Positions 12,665-26,297 of a stretch of 64,000 nt of DNA are shown here, piece by piece. Within the stretch, counting starts at the first letter, position 1, and every line of letters begins with the position of its first letter. The stretch is taken from the NCBI GenBank assembly GCA_002633005.1, contig NMRA01000489.1, forward strand, positions 36,329 to 100,328, in the 5' to 3' direction. Position numbers and translations under genes: made by a program. This DNA is from Phoronis australis. Taxonomy: Eukaryota; Animalia; Phoronida. A model generated the notes under the pieces. The model ran no database searches. It had not been told where the DNA came from and saw nothing but the letters and a program-made list of their open reading frames with translations.

Positions 12665-14076
12665 TCTCGAATTACTGTGATGAATATGATTTGTGTCGCA
12701 CTTGGCCTACCGTACGCGTTTGTAATAACACATCCACGACACTCTTAGCTACGACAGGACGCTCCATTTGATTTGTACTGCGAATTTGGCGCATGCTAAC
12801 CTGGGACTGTGATTTAGAGGATTGTTAGAGGAATCTAGAGCTGCGTCCATATGGAATCGTTTCCATCCCCGAATATGTATGAAGAAATATATGACTTAAC
12901 ACGGTTCGGCACATACAGGCACACGCGCATGCGCGTTTCGAGACCTGCTAGACTAGTTAAATACTCAAAAAACAAATCAGCACAAAAAGCATCTTCAGTT
13001 GAATTGTTCATATAGTTTGTTCCAAAAATCTTTTTTTTGAGTGAAAACTGAAGGCCATTTTTAAAGAATCATCACGAATAGATAACGATTGCCTCCAGTT
13101 TCGCCGTGTGACTCACTCGCGCCCAAGAGCAAAGCATTCCTACGGTACATACCCACTTTAATATCAGTATTTTTTTACCGAACACATACATCCTCTTCTG
13201 TCAGGCACATAGGCCTAAATATCCAGGTGTGTCGAAAAAACTAAAGGTTTCTAATTGATGGGTGCGCGACCTTTGGCGTGATAAAAATTACATTTGTTCT
13301 TACACAACAACAACAAAAAAAAAACGGTTTGAAGATAGTGTCACTTGCATGGAGCGAAGACGATGTTTTGCACAGTATGTTGACTGATAGCTAATCAATT
13401 AATCATCCGATGACATCACCCGCACTTTCATCCATCCTCGCCACGTGTCTTCAGCTTAGTTTGGATTAAAGGATCATAACATAAAACACACGAAGGGTAT
13501 TATTTTAGTTCTATACCTTCTACTCACAGTCATGTATCTCATATTCATACTGTTTCTTTTAAAACTTGTTAGAGGCAATGAACAGGCAACTTTTCGCATT
13601 ATCGACGGTAAGTTAAAGATATCGTTCAGGTAAGGGAGTAGGCGTATTCCAGGAGACAAGATTGTTTTACAAAAGCTTTGGAACTACCCACTTTTTTCAG
13701 TGCTCACGCGCTCATGGTCTGTGGACAGTGTACCACGGGGGGGGGGGGGGGGTGGNGGGTTGGGGGACTATAGGCCCTACTTTTTTCAGTGCTGCGCCGC
13801 CCATGATATGACAGTAGAGTACTGGTAATCGAATTTGTGTAGACAAATGATAAGACTCGATTTATGAGCTAAAGAGTTGTATGCGACTAAGTTTTGTACC
13901 TGAAAATCTACGTGTAGAGACAGTGATTCATAAGTCGTATAAATCGTATAGTGCAAGCGAGTCACTAAGTGCACGGACATCAAAGTCACGTTGATGTAAT
14001 AAGTGTTGAAGTTTGATATTTAATGAATTTCGGATAGCATCACTGTCATGAACTTTGATGATAAGAATTTAAAACA

Positions 14077-15774
14077 CGAGGGAAATTGCCACGTGACTCC
14101 TACTACGTCACAAGACGCCAACAATGTGCCAGGTGGCAGTGGCTGACTGTAACACTGGGTTGCTCGATTGTGATTCTTTCAAAATACATTCATTAAAACA
14201 ACGGTGACAGGGTCGCTGTAATTTGTATTTATCCTCTTTGGCGAAATCTTACGATAGAAAAGGTGTTTCATCTACATACTTTTCATACAACATGTTCTCA
14301 CTAATATTGCTCCATTTGTCAGACAAGTGACGCACGATCGGCTGAGTCGATCACGGGGATATGGGGAGATTGAGTAGGCCTACATCTCATTTATTTTCAG
14401 CGTGTTGGCAAGTAAGATAGTTTTTGAAAATGTAAACTATTGCTTGTCATTTTTGAAATGGTTTCAGTTATCAGTGTCATCTTAATTGTTAACTTGACTG
14501 GATTCGCAAACAATTTGCAAGAAGGACCTTAGCGTTTACGGAGACACCATGTAAGTAGCTATATGTATAGCGCTACCTTATCAACAAACTCCAAGTTTTC
14601 GTACACGACGTCATATAAAACGAAGTCGGCGTACACGACAATCAGTGTGTGAAGACAAGGATTCAAAACAAAATTCAGACTTTTGCTCGTCAAGTCCTGT
14701 TTACACTCTCCGATTTCCGTATTCGTCTGCAAGATTGAACGTCATGTTTTGAAACCCTTAGTGGGTCTTTTGTGAGACGCGAAGCAGAAACAAGACTTTC
14801 TGCGATGGTCATTTAACTTGGTTCATGTGTTAAACTAGGTCCTGAGAACAGCATAAGTCCAGAAATTTTAATAAATGGTGATATTATCCAGAAAAACCTG
14901 AAGACGACTTCGGCGAAATGGTCGAATTTGATGGAGGCCGATATATAATGGGTTCAAACGACCCGGAGTTACGATCAACAGGGGAGTATCCGATGAAGGA
15001 TGTCACTGTCAAACCGTTTGTGTTAGATATGTATCCCGTGACAAACAACCAGTTCAGGTAAGATTGGCACTGAATTAATATTGTTAGATAGTGTGTGCTA
15101 AACAAGCCGCCTATAGATGGCGTCATCGATTTTTATGAATTATCTGAAAAGCAAATCCAACAGTAGATTTCCAGTCAGTTGTTTAAACTACTAATTACAA
15201 GCTTGTAGATGTTCCTTTGATGTGAAAAAAGTGTTAATGTTAAACTATGCTATTTACTAAATTTCAAAATGCACAGTCATTATCTGATTAAATTATAATG
15301 ATCAAATTTCCAAACGCGAGGGAAATTTGCCACGTGATCTCATATCTACACGTCACAAGAACCCAACAATGCGGTGACAGCTGGTATTGGTTGATTGTAG
15401 CACTGTGTTGTTCGAATTGCGGATCAGTCGAATGCATTCCACTGAATATCGTCGATCGGTGGGTCTGTTTGCTTTTTCTCAATATCTGAATCTTCATATA
15501 ACTAAATTCTTTCATAAACAGCGCAAATTCATCGAAATTGTTCTCTCTTACTGTCTGATTCGTTTGTCATGTCTGCCAGTAACGCACAGTCAGGTGAGTC
15601 AACTATGGGGAAATAGTCTCATTTATTTTCACTGTGTCGGCGGCGTTACAACGCTGCATACTAAATATAATTTCTTTAAAAGTCTAATCGGATAATTTAT
15701 GGACATTTTTGATATAGCTTCAGTGATCCGTGTCATCTTATTATGAGACTGGCAGAGATCGAGTAGCTTGCAAG
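14077..15774 (+). repeat. Diverged direct duplication (~450 bp; copies 14077-14522 and 15317-15774) bracketing the first clear SUMF2 coding exon
   Basis: Collinear matching blocks: gagggaaatt(t)gccacgtga, cgtcacaaga..ccaacaatg, tctcatttattttca, gtgtcatctta, ttgcaag. Confidence 0.75.
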
Positions 15775-18700
15775 TACGTCTTTAAGAATTGAGATTTGAG
15801 AATATCCTTTAAAATTGATATTCAAGTTTAAAGGGACAATATCGCGAGAAAAGTGATTTCCCGAGATTAGACTCTACAACACTGGATAATACTTGTAACT
15901 TCCGCGGTCACAGCGCAACACTCTGCTTGCGAAGCAAAACCCGACTCGATAAACGGCAAAGCATTTTAAGCGTATTTAACTGATAAAGTCACCGAGCTTA
16001 ATTTCAATGAATGGCTGTTGACAACGTCGATTTGTAATAAAATATTGTCTCACAGTTCTGGTTAAAACTAATAACCTCAATAAGTCTGTGTCTCGTGAAA
16101 GAATAATACCACAATGCACTTTCAGCCGTCGAACCGATAACGTTCCTTTAACTTAATTTAGGACGGGAAACAATGCGAAATTTATCTCTCTAGCGACAAA
16201 TGCCCATTGTTAAAAATACAAACATGCTTATACCTATGGCACACCTTCACGGTGCTACCGGTCAAAAGACTATTTCACACACGGCGTGCTGGCGCTTTCC
16301 TTTGACAGCTGGGTTCAGTTATTAGGAGAAATTTGCCACGCTGTACCTTTGTTAATATTACGAAGCAAGCTGTACTTGGATTATTACGGATTATCCCCTA
16401 TTCTATTCGCGTGACATTCACTAATATTCGCAGTCCCAAATTATCAAAATCTGCCGCTTAAAAAAGACGCTACTTAAAAATCCATTACAGACAACCCTAT
16501 CTTAGGAAATGACATCAATACGTGTCCCTTGACCCCATGTTGCATGAAAAATTGTTCTTAGTTAATAATCCACTCAACAGACTACCACAAGACTTCGAAC
16601 TTAGTCAAACATACGATATTTTGCTGATAGTCACCACGGTCACGGTCATGCGGACTCCCGGATGCTAACGAATCACTACCGTGAACTTGTACCAGGGGTT
16701 CTAAGGGGGACAAGGGTAATACTGTGGTTTCACTACAGTGTCGCTACGATATGTATCGACGGTGGAGCTACGGTGACCCATGGTAGTCTGAAATAGTACA
16801 TCCCGTGTTAATCAGGAGCAAAATACTCTGGCTACAGCCCCCAGTTTCCGCCGTTGGCCCCGTTCCTCCGTTTATGAGCTCATCTCAACTTTAAATCGTG
16901 ACGGTTGACAGACTTTTGTTCTTCTTGCTAGGGAGTTCGTGGTGTCAAGAAAGAACTTCAGGCCAGCATCATTGCTAAAAGGATGGAGTTATGTGTTCTA
17001 CTCCGAAATACCGAGGGAAGCGAACAGAAACGGATTGTCTATGAAGGGCGCCCCCTGGTGGCTGGGTGTGGCTGGTGCATCTTGGAACAGAGTACGGCGC
17101 AGTTCATAGTATTCATAGAAAATGGCTACAAATAATGAAATACCTGGAGTTAACGTGGTCGTTTGTAGAACTCGAACCTACCGACACATATGCAGATAAA
17201 AGCAAACTTTCCTAATTTTGTTAGAAACATGGTGGCTTTAGCAAGGCCAAGTGAACTAACTCGGTCGTAGTCGCTGACATTGTTATCTTTTCAGCCTTAC
17301 GGAGAAGGTTCGAGCGTAAAAAGCATGGGAGATCACCCTGTTGTCCATGTTAATCTTCACGATGCAGTCGCTTATTGCCACTTTAGAGGCAAGCGACTAC
17401 CCACAGAGTACGAATGGGAGTATGCAGCACGGGGAAATTTTACAGGTACACTATTGTTCCACCTATTGTTTGAGACCTGTTTCGCAGGTGTATTAGCCTA
17501 AGCAAAAAGTAACACCTATAAACTCCATCTTGACCCCACTACAATTACATAGAAAACAAGAAGTGTCAACTTGCTTTATTTGACGGAGTGACTTTGTGTG
17601 TCGCATCGCAACACTTATTTAAAAAAAAGACCGTCGCAATTGTGTAACACGATTTCCAAAGGTAAACGTCATCTTATTGAAACACTGCTTGATGAAAAAC
17701 TAGAAAACTGAGTAACAAAGTTGTAATGAAAGGCTTATTGCTTGCTTCGCGCGACCCAGAGTACCGCATGACCACACATTGACTGACAGCCCAAATCCCC
17801 AAACTCCCCATACAAAAACATGCGGCGGTAAACACTACAAAATAAAAAATCAGCATAAGTAAAAACGGCGGCAATATTTTAGCACAAACAGCAAGCATAG
17901 TAATATAAGTAGTTTTTATATGGTTAGATAGTGTTCTAATTTTGTTTGATGTACTAGATTAAATTTTATATTGCTGTACATGTATGTACTTGTTGGTTGA
18001 GTTAAATGTTTACATGAAATAAGGGAACAGAAAGCACACTAAACACATATCGGCAACTCCGACAGGGGGCAAGGCAGACTTGAATCTGGTTGAATAAAAG
18101 AAAAACAAACTTGACAAACTACATCAAAACTTACAGAAATTACACATGACTGATGGGTGTGCTGAAGAAGGCAAACATTAGAGCACAAAGCGAGCCTAGC
18201 GGTGAATATGAAGACTAGACTAGAATCTCATCCGCAGTACAGCTTAAAGTCCTTCTTGCAAACTGCCCATGTGGTTCCAGAATCCGAAAATACTTACTTC
18301 ATAAATTCTTATTTTTCGACACCCTTTCTTTATATTCTTTTCGCCTTTCTTGCCAAAAGCGATTTTTAACAGTATTTGACCCTTCTCTCTGAGCGTATGA
18401 TTACCGGTTGTCATCGGTTATTTCCGTACCCACATTTCCGGCTCATCAGTTCAGGAACTTGTCCTGAACGCCGCCATTTTTTCCTTGTAACTGAATGGGC
18501 TATGGCTTGCTCGAAAAGTCTTCATTATTTTGTTTTATTAGTAATATATCGTGATTTGTTTGCATATGTAGTGTATTTATAGTTTGTAGTTAGTGGTCGT
18601 TGATTTTTTTTGGAATGTTACGCGTACTTAGTATGTTAAAATAGCATTGGTGTTTAGTTCCTTACGTAGGCNNNNNNNNNNNNNNNNNNNNNNNNNNNNN

Positions 18701-21700
18701 NNNNNNNNNNNNNNNNNNNNNNNNNNNNNNNNNNNNNNNNNNNNNNNNNNNNNNNNNNNNNNNNNNNNNNNNNNNNNNNNNNNNNNNNNNNNNNNNNNNN
18801 NNNNNNNNNNNNNNNNNNNNNNNNNNNNNNNNNNNNNNNNNNNNNNNNNNNNNNNNNNNNNNNNNNNNNNNNNNNNNNNNNNNNNNNNNNNNNNNNNNNN
18901 NNNNNNNNNNNNNNNNNNNNNNNNNNNNNNNNNNNNNNNNNNNNNNNNNNNNNNNNNNNNNNNNNNNNNNNNNNNNNNNNNNNNNNNNNNNNNNNNNNNN
19001 NNNNNNNNNNNNNNNNNNNNNNNNNNNNNNNNNNNNNNNNNNNNNNNNNNNNNNNNNNNNNNNNNNNNNNNNNNNNNNNNNNNNNNNNNNNNNNNNNNNN
19101 NNNNNNNNNNNNNNNNNNNNNNNNNNNNNNNNNNNNNNNNNNNNNNNNNNNNNNNNNNNNNNNNNNNNNNNNNNNNNNNNNNNNNNNNNNNNNNNNNNNN
19201 NNNNNNNNNNNNNNNNNNNNNNNNNNNNNNNNNNNNNNNNNNNNNNNNNNNNNNNNNNNNNNNNNNNNNNNNNNNNNNNNNNNNNNNNNNNNNNNNNNNN
19301 NNNNNNNNNNNNNNNNNNNNNNNNNNNNNNNNNNNNNNNNNNNNNNNNNNNNNNNNNNNNNNNNNNNNNNNNNNNNNNNNNNNNNNNNNNGCCTGGGTTC
19401 CTGAATGAATTGTACTTCCGGGTTCGCGGCAAGTTCAAAATGGCGGTGTTTCTTCGGGTGCGAATCGTGAGTGGCGCGTTCATTTAAACTTTTTTCGAGT
19501 ACGGATCGTGTATTAGTTATGGGGTAGGTACTTCTTGGATCCCTATAACATCTTCTAACCATGTAATAAGGGTTAACAACGCGTGAGAGAAGGACTTTAA
19601 GTCCAAAAACATCGAGTAACTATTATGATTTTGGACATCCATGTAACAATTGTCGAAACCTCCCTACTTGAATAATGTTCACTGAGTTGATTTGGACTAC
19701 AAGTAACCTAGTTTATTTTTATATTAGGCCTGATAATGTAAATGTGGATGTATTCAACTAGATTTTTATTTTGAACAGGTTTCCGATTTCCTTGGGGAGA
19801 CTCTTACAAACACACGAGGATGAACTTCTGGCAGGTATCTTGACACGGCATTTGCGCTGATCAGCTGGCTTAAACTCCGTCGGATATAAAGCTGTTTACT
19901 CTCGTACAAATGGTAGCGTGCAATTCTTTACCGTGATATGATTTCCTTCACCAAAAAACACCGAAACCAACAGCGACTTAAGAAAATGTTGAGCGTGTTG
20001 GCGTTGGCTACCAAAACCCCAAACTTACGAATTCAAAAATGGTGCATGTACGCGTTGCCTGTGGCTTGCACAATCATTCAGTGCAACTCGTTATTTTAGG
20101 TACGGTGTTGTAATGCGCATGTAGAAGTTGCTATGTGTAGCAATGTACACGGAAATGAACGAACTTTGTATCGAACGAGCTTGGTGGCTGAAGTTGCCGA
20201 TTAATTCCGACGCCAAGAATTGATCAAGATCGGATGTGTGTGGCGATGTTTTTAATAATTCGGTTAAAAATTCAACATTGACAGCTGAACAGCGACGAAA
20301 TGCCTATTGAAATCCCCATGATAATCAAACATAAGAGAAACTTATGTAGGCCTATTTCTAAAATACGCCAGCAGAAATTCTGTGCTTAACTTCCTTCGAA
20401 CGGAGGAGAGTCAACAAGTGATATGACGTACCTGGTTATTTTCAGGGTACATTTCCAACAGAAAACAAAGGGTATGACAGCTGGTTCGGAACTTCGCCAG
20501 TGGACGAGTATATGGCTCAAAATGCATACGGTACGCATACTACCTTACAACGAATGCTGAACCCTGCCTCTCAAACTCATTCTCTTACGTGTTTGTGAAC
20601 AATAATTATTAAATTTTATACTTCCTCATTATGCCACCAGGGTATTTTTTAAAACTATAATGTTTTCAATTACTCAGTTTTTACGACACCTTCACTTAAA
20701 AAAGTCGTACATTCATGAAGCTGCTTGGTATGTCTTTGTTCCACAGTCAACTTTTCCGTTGAAAATGAAATTAACCGGTTGAAAAAAAGTAATTGAAGTC
20801 TGTCGCACTATATAAGTTATTAAAATGTATTCTAGGACTTCATGACATGATGGGTAACGTGTGGGAGTGGACGAGTACACAATACTCCTCACGAAATTCC
20901 ACATCGGATATGTATGTGCTCAAGGGTGGATCTTATATTGACTCAAAAGATGGCGCGTTCAACAAAGCAATTACGTGCGCAGCGAGGTAAGTTGTAATCA
21001 ATAACTCGCACGTGTGGACAGCATCGAAGTGTTTTTTGATTAACCACGTTCTCAATGAGTAAGATGTATTCTGACATGTTACTATTTTCATTATTATGAT
21101 GTCTTATAAACGACCTTTAAAATAAAATTTGTCTGTGTTACTTTGTCCGTCTCAGTTGAGAAGAATTTTAGTTGATTGCCCTCTACAGGTAGCATTTCTC
21201 GTCCGATGAACATGAAATTTGCACACAGACTTCAACTCTCATAAACAATTAAACACATGAAATCAATAACCCCAACTGGGAATCGAACCACAGGTCTCTA
21301 GATTGCCTTATATATCGAAACCATGTGTATTATCCAACATGGCCAACCTGGCAGCCATTTTGTTTTCTAAATCGAGTTTGAGCGCTTCTAAAAGCCAAAC
21401 TTTTCATCGTGCTTCAATCAAAATCGACACGAACAACTGTACTGGGAAGCTTCATCCGTTTCAGTTTCCAGATATGGAACCAGTTGTTGTAGAGGTACAC
21501 CAATTTTGCCCAACACGCATTTCTCCGAAAGACGTCGAAATTTACATTTAGCCGGTTTAGATGTGTTTTATTGCCATGATGACTGGACACACTTGGTGCG
21601 TTTTGCGTGAAATTTAAATTGAAGATGGCGTATCAAGTCTCTATTTTGTATTTATCATTTGATCTGGAAGTGTTTCTTTTATAATCCCAACCATTAAAAG

Positions 21701-22716
21701 AGAGGCACTGTAATTACCATTTCTATTTTTGCTTGTAAAAGCTTTACCTCCGCGGTCTTCTCATGGATTCTAATGAAAGTTGATATTCAAACGGTTTTCG
21801 TCAAGAGCTATCCTAAATATGCCACCAGTTCCTCGCTACTCCACACCTTTCTCAAAATTATTCGATATTTTCTGATGACTGCTCTTTTATTCATCCATTT
21901 TTGTGCCATAGCTCGACAGATCTTTTGCAGAGTTTGATAGACTGTCTGGTCTTGAGTTATTCAAGCTAGGGTTTATACCGAGGTCTAAGGTACGGTAATT
22001 TTGCAGGACTCAGTGCCGTTATCTCAAGGTTCAAGAACGGCAGGGGTTCTAGACCTTTTGCATATTTTTCGTACGATTGGCTTAAACTGTACTCGTATTA
22101 TACGATTCTCATTACTTCGAGAATTCATCTAGTAGCATTTTGTTAAAATCCGACACAAGGTGGCGTTGTGACAGCGATTCTTCAAGATGTTTCTTTATAG
22201 AGGCATAACTCTGGCCTCTTTGACGATTATTTATGAAACTTGGTGTATGTATAGATATTACCAAGTGATGTTAGTTTTTTCGCTACGACTTACTGTTCTC
22301 GAGTTATTCAAGATCATTGTCATTATCAATATCATTTATCGGACAAATTTTGCTGTCGACAGCAGTTTGATATTTGTTTTCACAAGTAACGTATTAGCTC
22401 CGTGGAACCAGCTGTGTCCCTCATGTTCGCAACATTTGTGTGGTGAAAAAGGCGAAAATTAAAAACTTTTAGACGCTTGCACGCTACCTATTGGACAATG
22501 ATTTGTTACAGCATATTCATCCCAAGAACATCATTATTGAGATTTTCTCATGGCGATGTTTCTTGTTTCAGGATGGGCCAACCTGCAGACGTCACTATGG
22601 GAAATATCGGTTTCCGGTGCGCTAAAACAGCTGAAGAGAAATATGACATCATTTATCACAAAGATACATACTTGTACAAGCGGGATCGATTTTTTCGAAG
22701 ACATTTGGAGCTTTAG
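14918..22716 (+). CDS. SUMF2: SUMF2/pFGE-like inactive formylglycine-generating enzyme paralogue; exons (14892)14918-15057, 16932-17091, 17295-17445, 19779-19834, 20446-20530, 20836-20986, 22572-22716; 295 aa from the Met at 14918
   Basis: FGE-sulfatase motifs [64 protein letters not shown] and NIGFRCA. The active-site loop [11 protein letters not shown] is SUMF2-type and lacks the SUMF1 CxxxxC pair. The C-terminus ends in KDEL-like HLEL. All introns are GT-AG and in phase. Confidence 0.92.
15832..16147. mobile_element. TTAA-flanked MITE (Kolobok/piggyBac-type target) in a SUMF2 intron; related 5' part at about 34467-34570
   Basis: ttaa|agggac ... gttcct|ttaa; shares gcgagaaaagtgatttcc.gagat with the 34467 copy. 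Confidence 0.6.
18672..19390. other. Assembly gap (N run) inside a SUMF2 intron
   Basis: Run of n. The flanking exons join in frame (RGNFT|GFRFPWG), so no coding exon appears to be lost. Confidence 0.99.
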
Positions 22717-24646
22717 TAATGACATCACCACATACGAGTATAGCCGAGTTTTTTTAAATTTGACTGTTATGCTTATACTACTTTGAAGTGAACAAGTATT
22801 TTTGCTCACAAGGAAGGTAGATTCTACTGTTTTAGGCGATTGGCAGTCTTGCCTCAACCTTCACTACCCAGTCTAGACTGTTATGAATGAGAGCAGAACC
22901 AGTAGCAATCATCCTTAAGACTACACACCTATTACCATGTGCAGAAAGGCTCAATGTGTTATTAAACGTTGCAGTGGACGAAGATGACCTAATTCCCTTG
23001 TCAGGTAATATACATTGCCGATTTCACATCCGAGCAATAGATCTGTATAAGTTGCTGGACTAAGTTACTGCTCATAGGCGGGTTTGGGGGTAGGGGTCCG
23101 CGGTCACCTACCGGACATAAATAAAGGAGCGACACCTTTAACTCTATCGTGAATGTTAGTCCGTCGGAAATTTCAGTCGACCTCCCTCGCAACATCCGAG
23201 ATACGCCGGTGAGACGGGACGTCAAATAACTGCCGGTTCCGGCCGGCACGCCGTTAAAAATGGAGGGCTCTTTGGTGATGACCCAATCACAAAAAAAATG
23301 AGTGACAGTTGCTCTGGAATATGAAAACTCTTAATGAGATTCTTCTGAATCGTAATTTGTCGTAAATTTCACGTCCAATAACTTCGCCACCAGTGGCGAT
23401 GCTCCTAACAAGGGATCACGGGGGTTTCAACTACAAATTTGTTTGTTAATTACTTCTAATACCTGACGCCGCTGAGCTGGAGTTAGTTCACAGTAAATGC
23501 CCAGCAATGACTCAGACTACATGAATTACTTTGTCTTCGCCTGGGAGAAATATATGTATTGGTCCTAGATCTTCGCATTCTGCTTTTTCTTGCTAGACTC
23601 CGAATAATAATAATCATAAATAATGATGTGCAGAATAATGAATTAATTACAAAACGGTGTTTTATATTATTTATTCTCTACACTGTAGATGGCATCCTAG
23701 TCAACCCAGCAACTTTCCATAAAAGAAGTCAATGCAGTAACAAACCCATCTATATTTCACTTTAAGTTACACGAAGCTAACTTCCGGCTTTTCGCGGCCG
23801 AAACGAGGTTATGTAATATGAGGGCGTTTTCCGTAAATAAACAATAGAAGGCACTTACTGTTGTAACTTTTTAAAAAGAATTGGTGCTATTTCCGGAAAA
23901 CGGCCTCAGGGTTTCCAAAAACTTTTGCACTAGAATCACTTAACAGCCCGGTTATCGATGCACTGCGTGGCACTTGAAGATAGGTTTTTATATGTAGGCT
24001 AAATGCAAAATTTGCTTACTCCAAAATTAAAACCAATTTGCACGTCACCGACTTATTTCAAGTTTGGTCTTTCAATTTTCATTATTGTAAAACATTAGTA
24101 ATGCAGAAACACTAAAGCAATGTACAATACAATCACACGTTCACAGTTTCTTGTTCTCCTGAACGTTGGCACAGTATATTATGACTTTTGCCTTGGGACG
24201 TTCCGTTTCCCCTAAACGGCGAGTGCCGAATGTTTTGACTTGATTTCGCGATCATATCTCAAAATACCTGTTCGTTGTAAAATAAAATGAACATTTCTTG
24301 ATTTCTATGGGTATACAGAAGTGGAAATGCTGCTCATTGGCTAGAAATTAACTTCGCTTTAATAAACTGCTTCATTCTTACTCTACTTACACTTGGAAAC
24401 GCCCAATTTTGTCCTGTCAATGTAGCGCTCAATATAACATTAAATTTGGTTAAAATCGTCAACCATTAAATAAATAATATGAGAAGCTGTAAACTCCGTT
24501 AAGACAGGTCACCGTAATTTAGAATAAAAACATTTTTCCAAATATTTACAAACGCAGTTTTGCATAATATGTGCGTTTTCTTGACCACATTGCAAAACAC
24601 CTAAACTACACACTGCCTAAATACATGTATATACAGATTTACATTC

Positions 24647-24866
24647 TAAGAAAGTGGTATTAAACTCTACATAAGCTTTTACGGATTCGCCGAGTTTTCT
24701 CAGAGTTCGCTCACACACTCGACGGATAAAATCTGATATGGGATAATCTAGCTGCTGTTACGTCGTGCACATATGCAACAGTGCGAGTGCTCTCCGTGTG
24801 TATGAGAGGACTCTGAGAACGCTAGAAACCGCAAAAGCTTGTGTAGTCTTTAATACAACTTGCTTA
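24647..24866. mobile_element. Fold-back MITE-like element (~70-bp imperfect inverted arms)
   Basis: taagaaagtggtattaaactctacataagcttttacgg pairs with ccgcaaaagcttgtgtagtctttaatacaacttgctta. Confidence 0.65.
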
Positions 24867-25034
24867 AACGAAAATTGGCTGCACACACGCACAGATTTCC
24901 TGGTATTAGATTGCCAGTGTGCCATTTTTTAGAGATTACTCGAACAAATCCCTTCGAAAATCGTGGGTGTCCTCCACTGCGACATTCAATATTCGCCAGC
25001 AAAATCAAACAAAAACAGGCAAAATAAAAATAGT

Positions 25035-26297
25035 TTAGTTAAATTTCGATAACAAACTCTTTACTGACTGCGGTTGAATGTGTGGTGCGTATTCGCTGCT
25101 GCATTCCTCAATATGCGCGCCCCCTTTCAGTGACCTTGGGGATATTGGGTAGCCATCCTCTTTTTGTATGTGAAAGGAGTTCTCAGAATGTGTTGTGCCC
25201 TCGTCCACTGGTTGGTCTTCAGCCAGTGACACCAGTTTTGAGCACATGCTTTTCACCTTTGACCCTTTTGCATTGAAAGTCAGAGGTTCTGATTTTTGTG
25301 TTTGGTTTTCCTGAAATAGAGTGAACATTTTCCATTTCGGTTTCACGTGACAGTAATGTACACATCGCCTTGCCTGTTCAAAGGAAGGGTTGTTCGTGGG
25401 TCTTGGGAGATCGAGTTTTCGATAGGTCCACCTTTTACTGAAAGCAATCAACGAGGTCTAAAAAAACGGGGCTACTAGGTTCAAACCCACGAACAGTGGA
25501 TTTCGTGGACTTTGTTCGTTTATTCGGACTTTTTGTTCACTGAGAAGGACCTTTTTTCCCAATTCGCCAAACTGGGGGCTCGTTCGAGCTCCCCGAGTCC
25601 CCCCCTGAGTGCGCCCACTGGAAATCCCATCCCAGTGCAGCGCAACTGTCGTGGAAATCAGGCAGTTGCTATTTCCCAGTTTTAGGACCCAGTCAAATAA
25701 TATACAAGAAAGTTTCCATTGTAGTCATGTCTAAATCTATAATTTACGCATCAAATACTTTACCTGGATGAAACACAATACTTATCATTAAGGAGTGTAA
25801 GACTGCACTGTTTGGTTTCGAGTAATTGCTGGGTTTGTGTCGATGACGTCACTTGGCACGAGACACGGAAGCGATTTAAATTTCTCAAAAATGCACTACT
25901 TCTGGGCCATTTCGGTCGTGCTGCTAATTTCACTAAAATTTGATTTACTGCTCAGGAACTCATGAAACACAGATCATCCAGGCGTCAGTACATAATGAAA
26001 TATACACACAGAAGAAAACGGTCGTTCTACCTGTTTAGACCCAGATAAAGATTTTCGACGTTCTGGTGGTGAGCTATTGATGACGTAATCCTGGCTGCAT
26101 CGCCGAGTGCCGAGTGCGTCCGATATGTAACCTCTTCTCTTCGGCCTCTGCGTCCCTCGTCCGATAGTGTCTGTTCCAGAGTTGTACATCTTCTGGAACT
26201 CTTCGAAGGACACGTGATCGCCATCTTTCTTCGACGATACTCCGTTCATTTTCTTTAGGATTAAAAAATTCACGAATGGCATATTACTTGTACTCAT
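25035..26297 (-). CDS. Putative orphan three-exon gene, unknown Ser/Lys/Arg-rich protein; exons about 26297-26006, 25923-25764, 25437-25035
   Basis: Three consecutive open frames on the same strand. The exon 2-3 junction (cag|gtaaag ... tttcag|) is in phase. The exon 1 donor is weak (gtatat). No recognisable domain. Confidence 0.4.

Noticed and set aside
14879-14881. In-frame TGA in SUMF2 read as selenocysteine
   Set aside because: Not at a redox Cys position, probably intronic, and no SECIS recognised.
18647-19562. Long ORFs of 253-302 aa in the ORF track
   Set aside because: Artefacts of translating through the N gap.
21270-21345. tRNA gene on the minus strand
   Set aside because: Only a B-box-like ggttcgattccc with no cloverleaf; most likely a SINE remnant.
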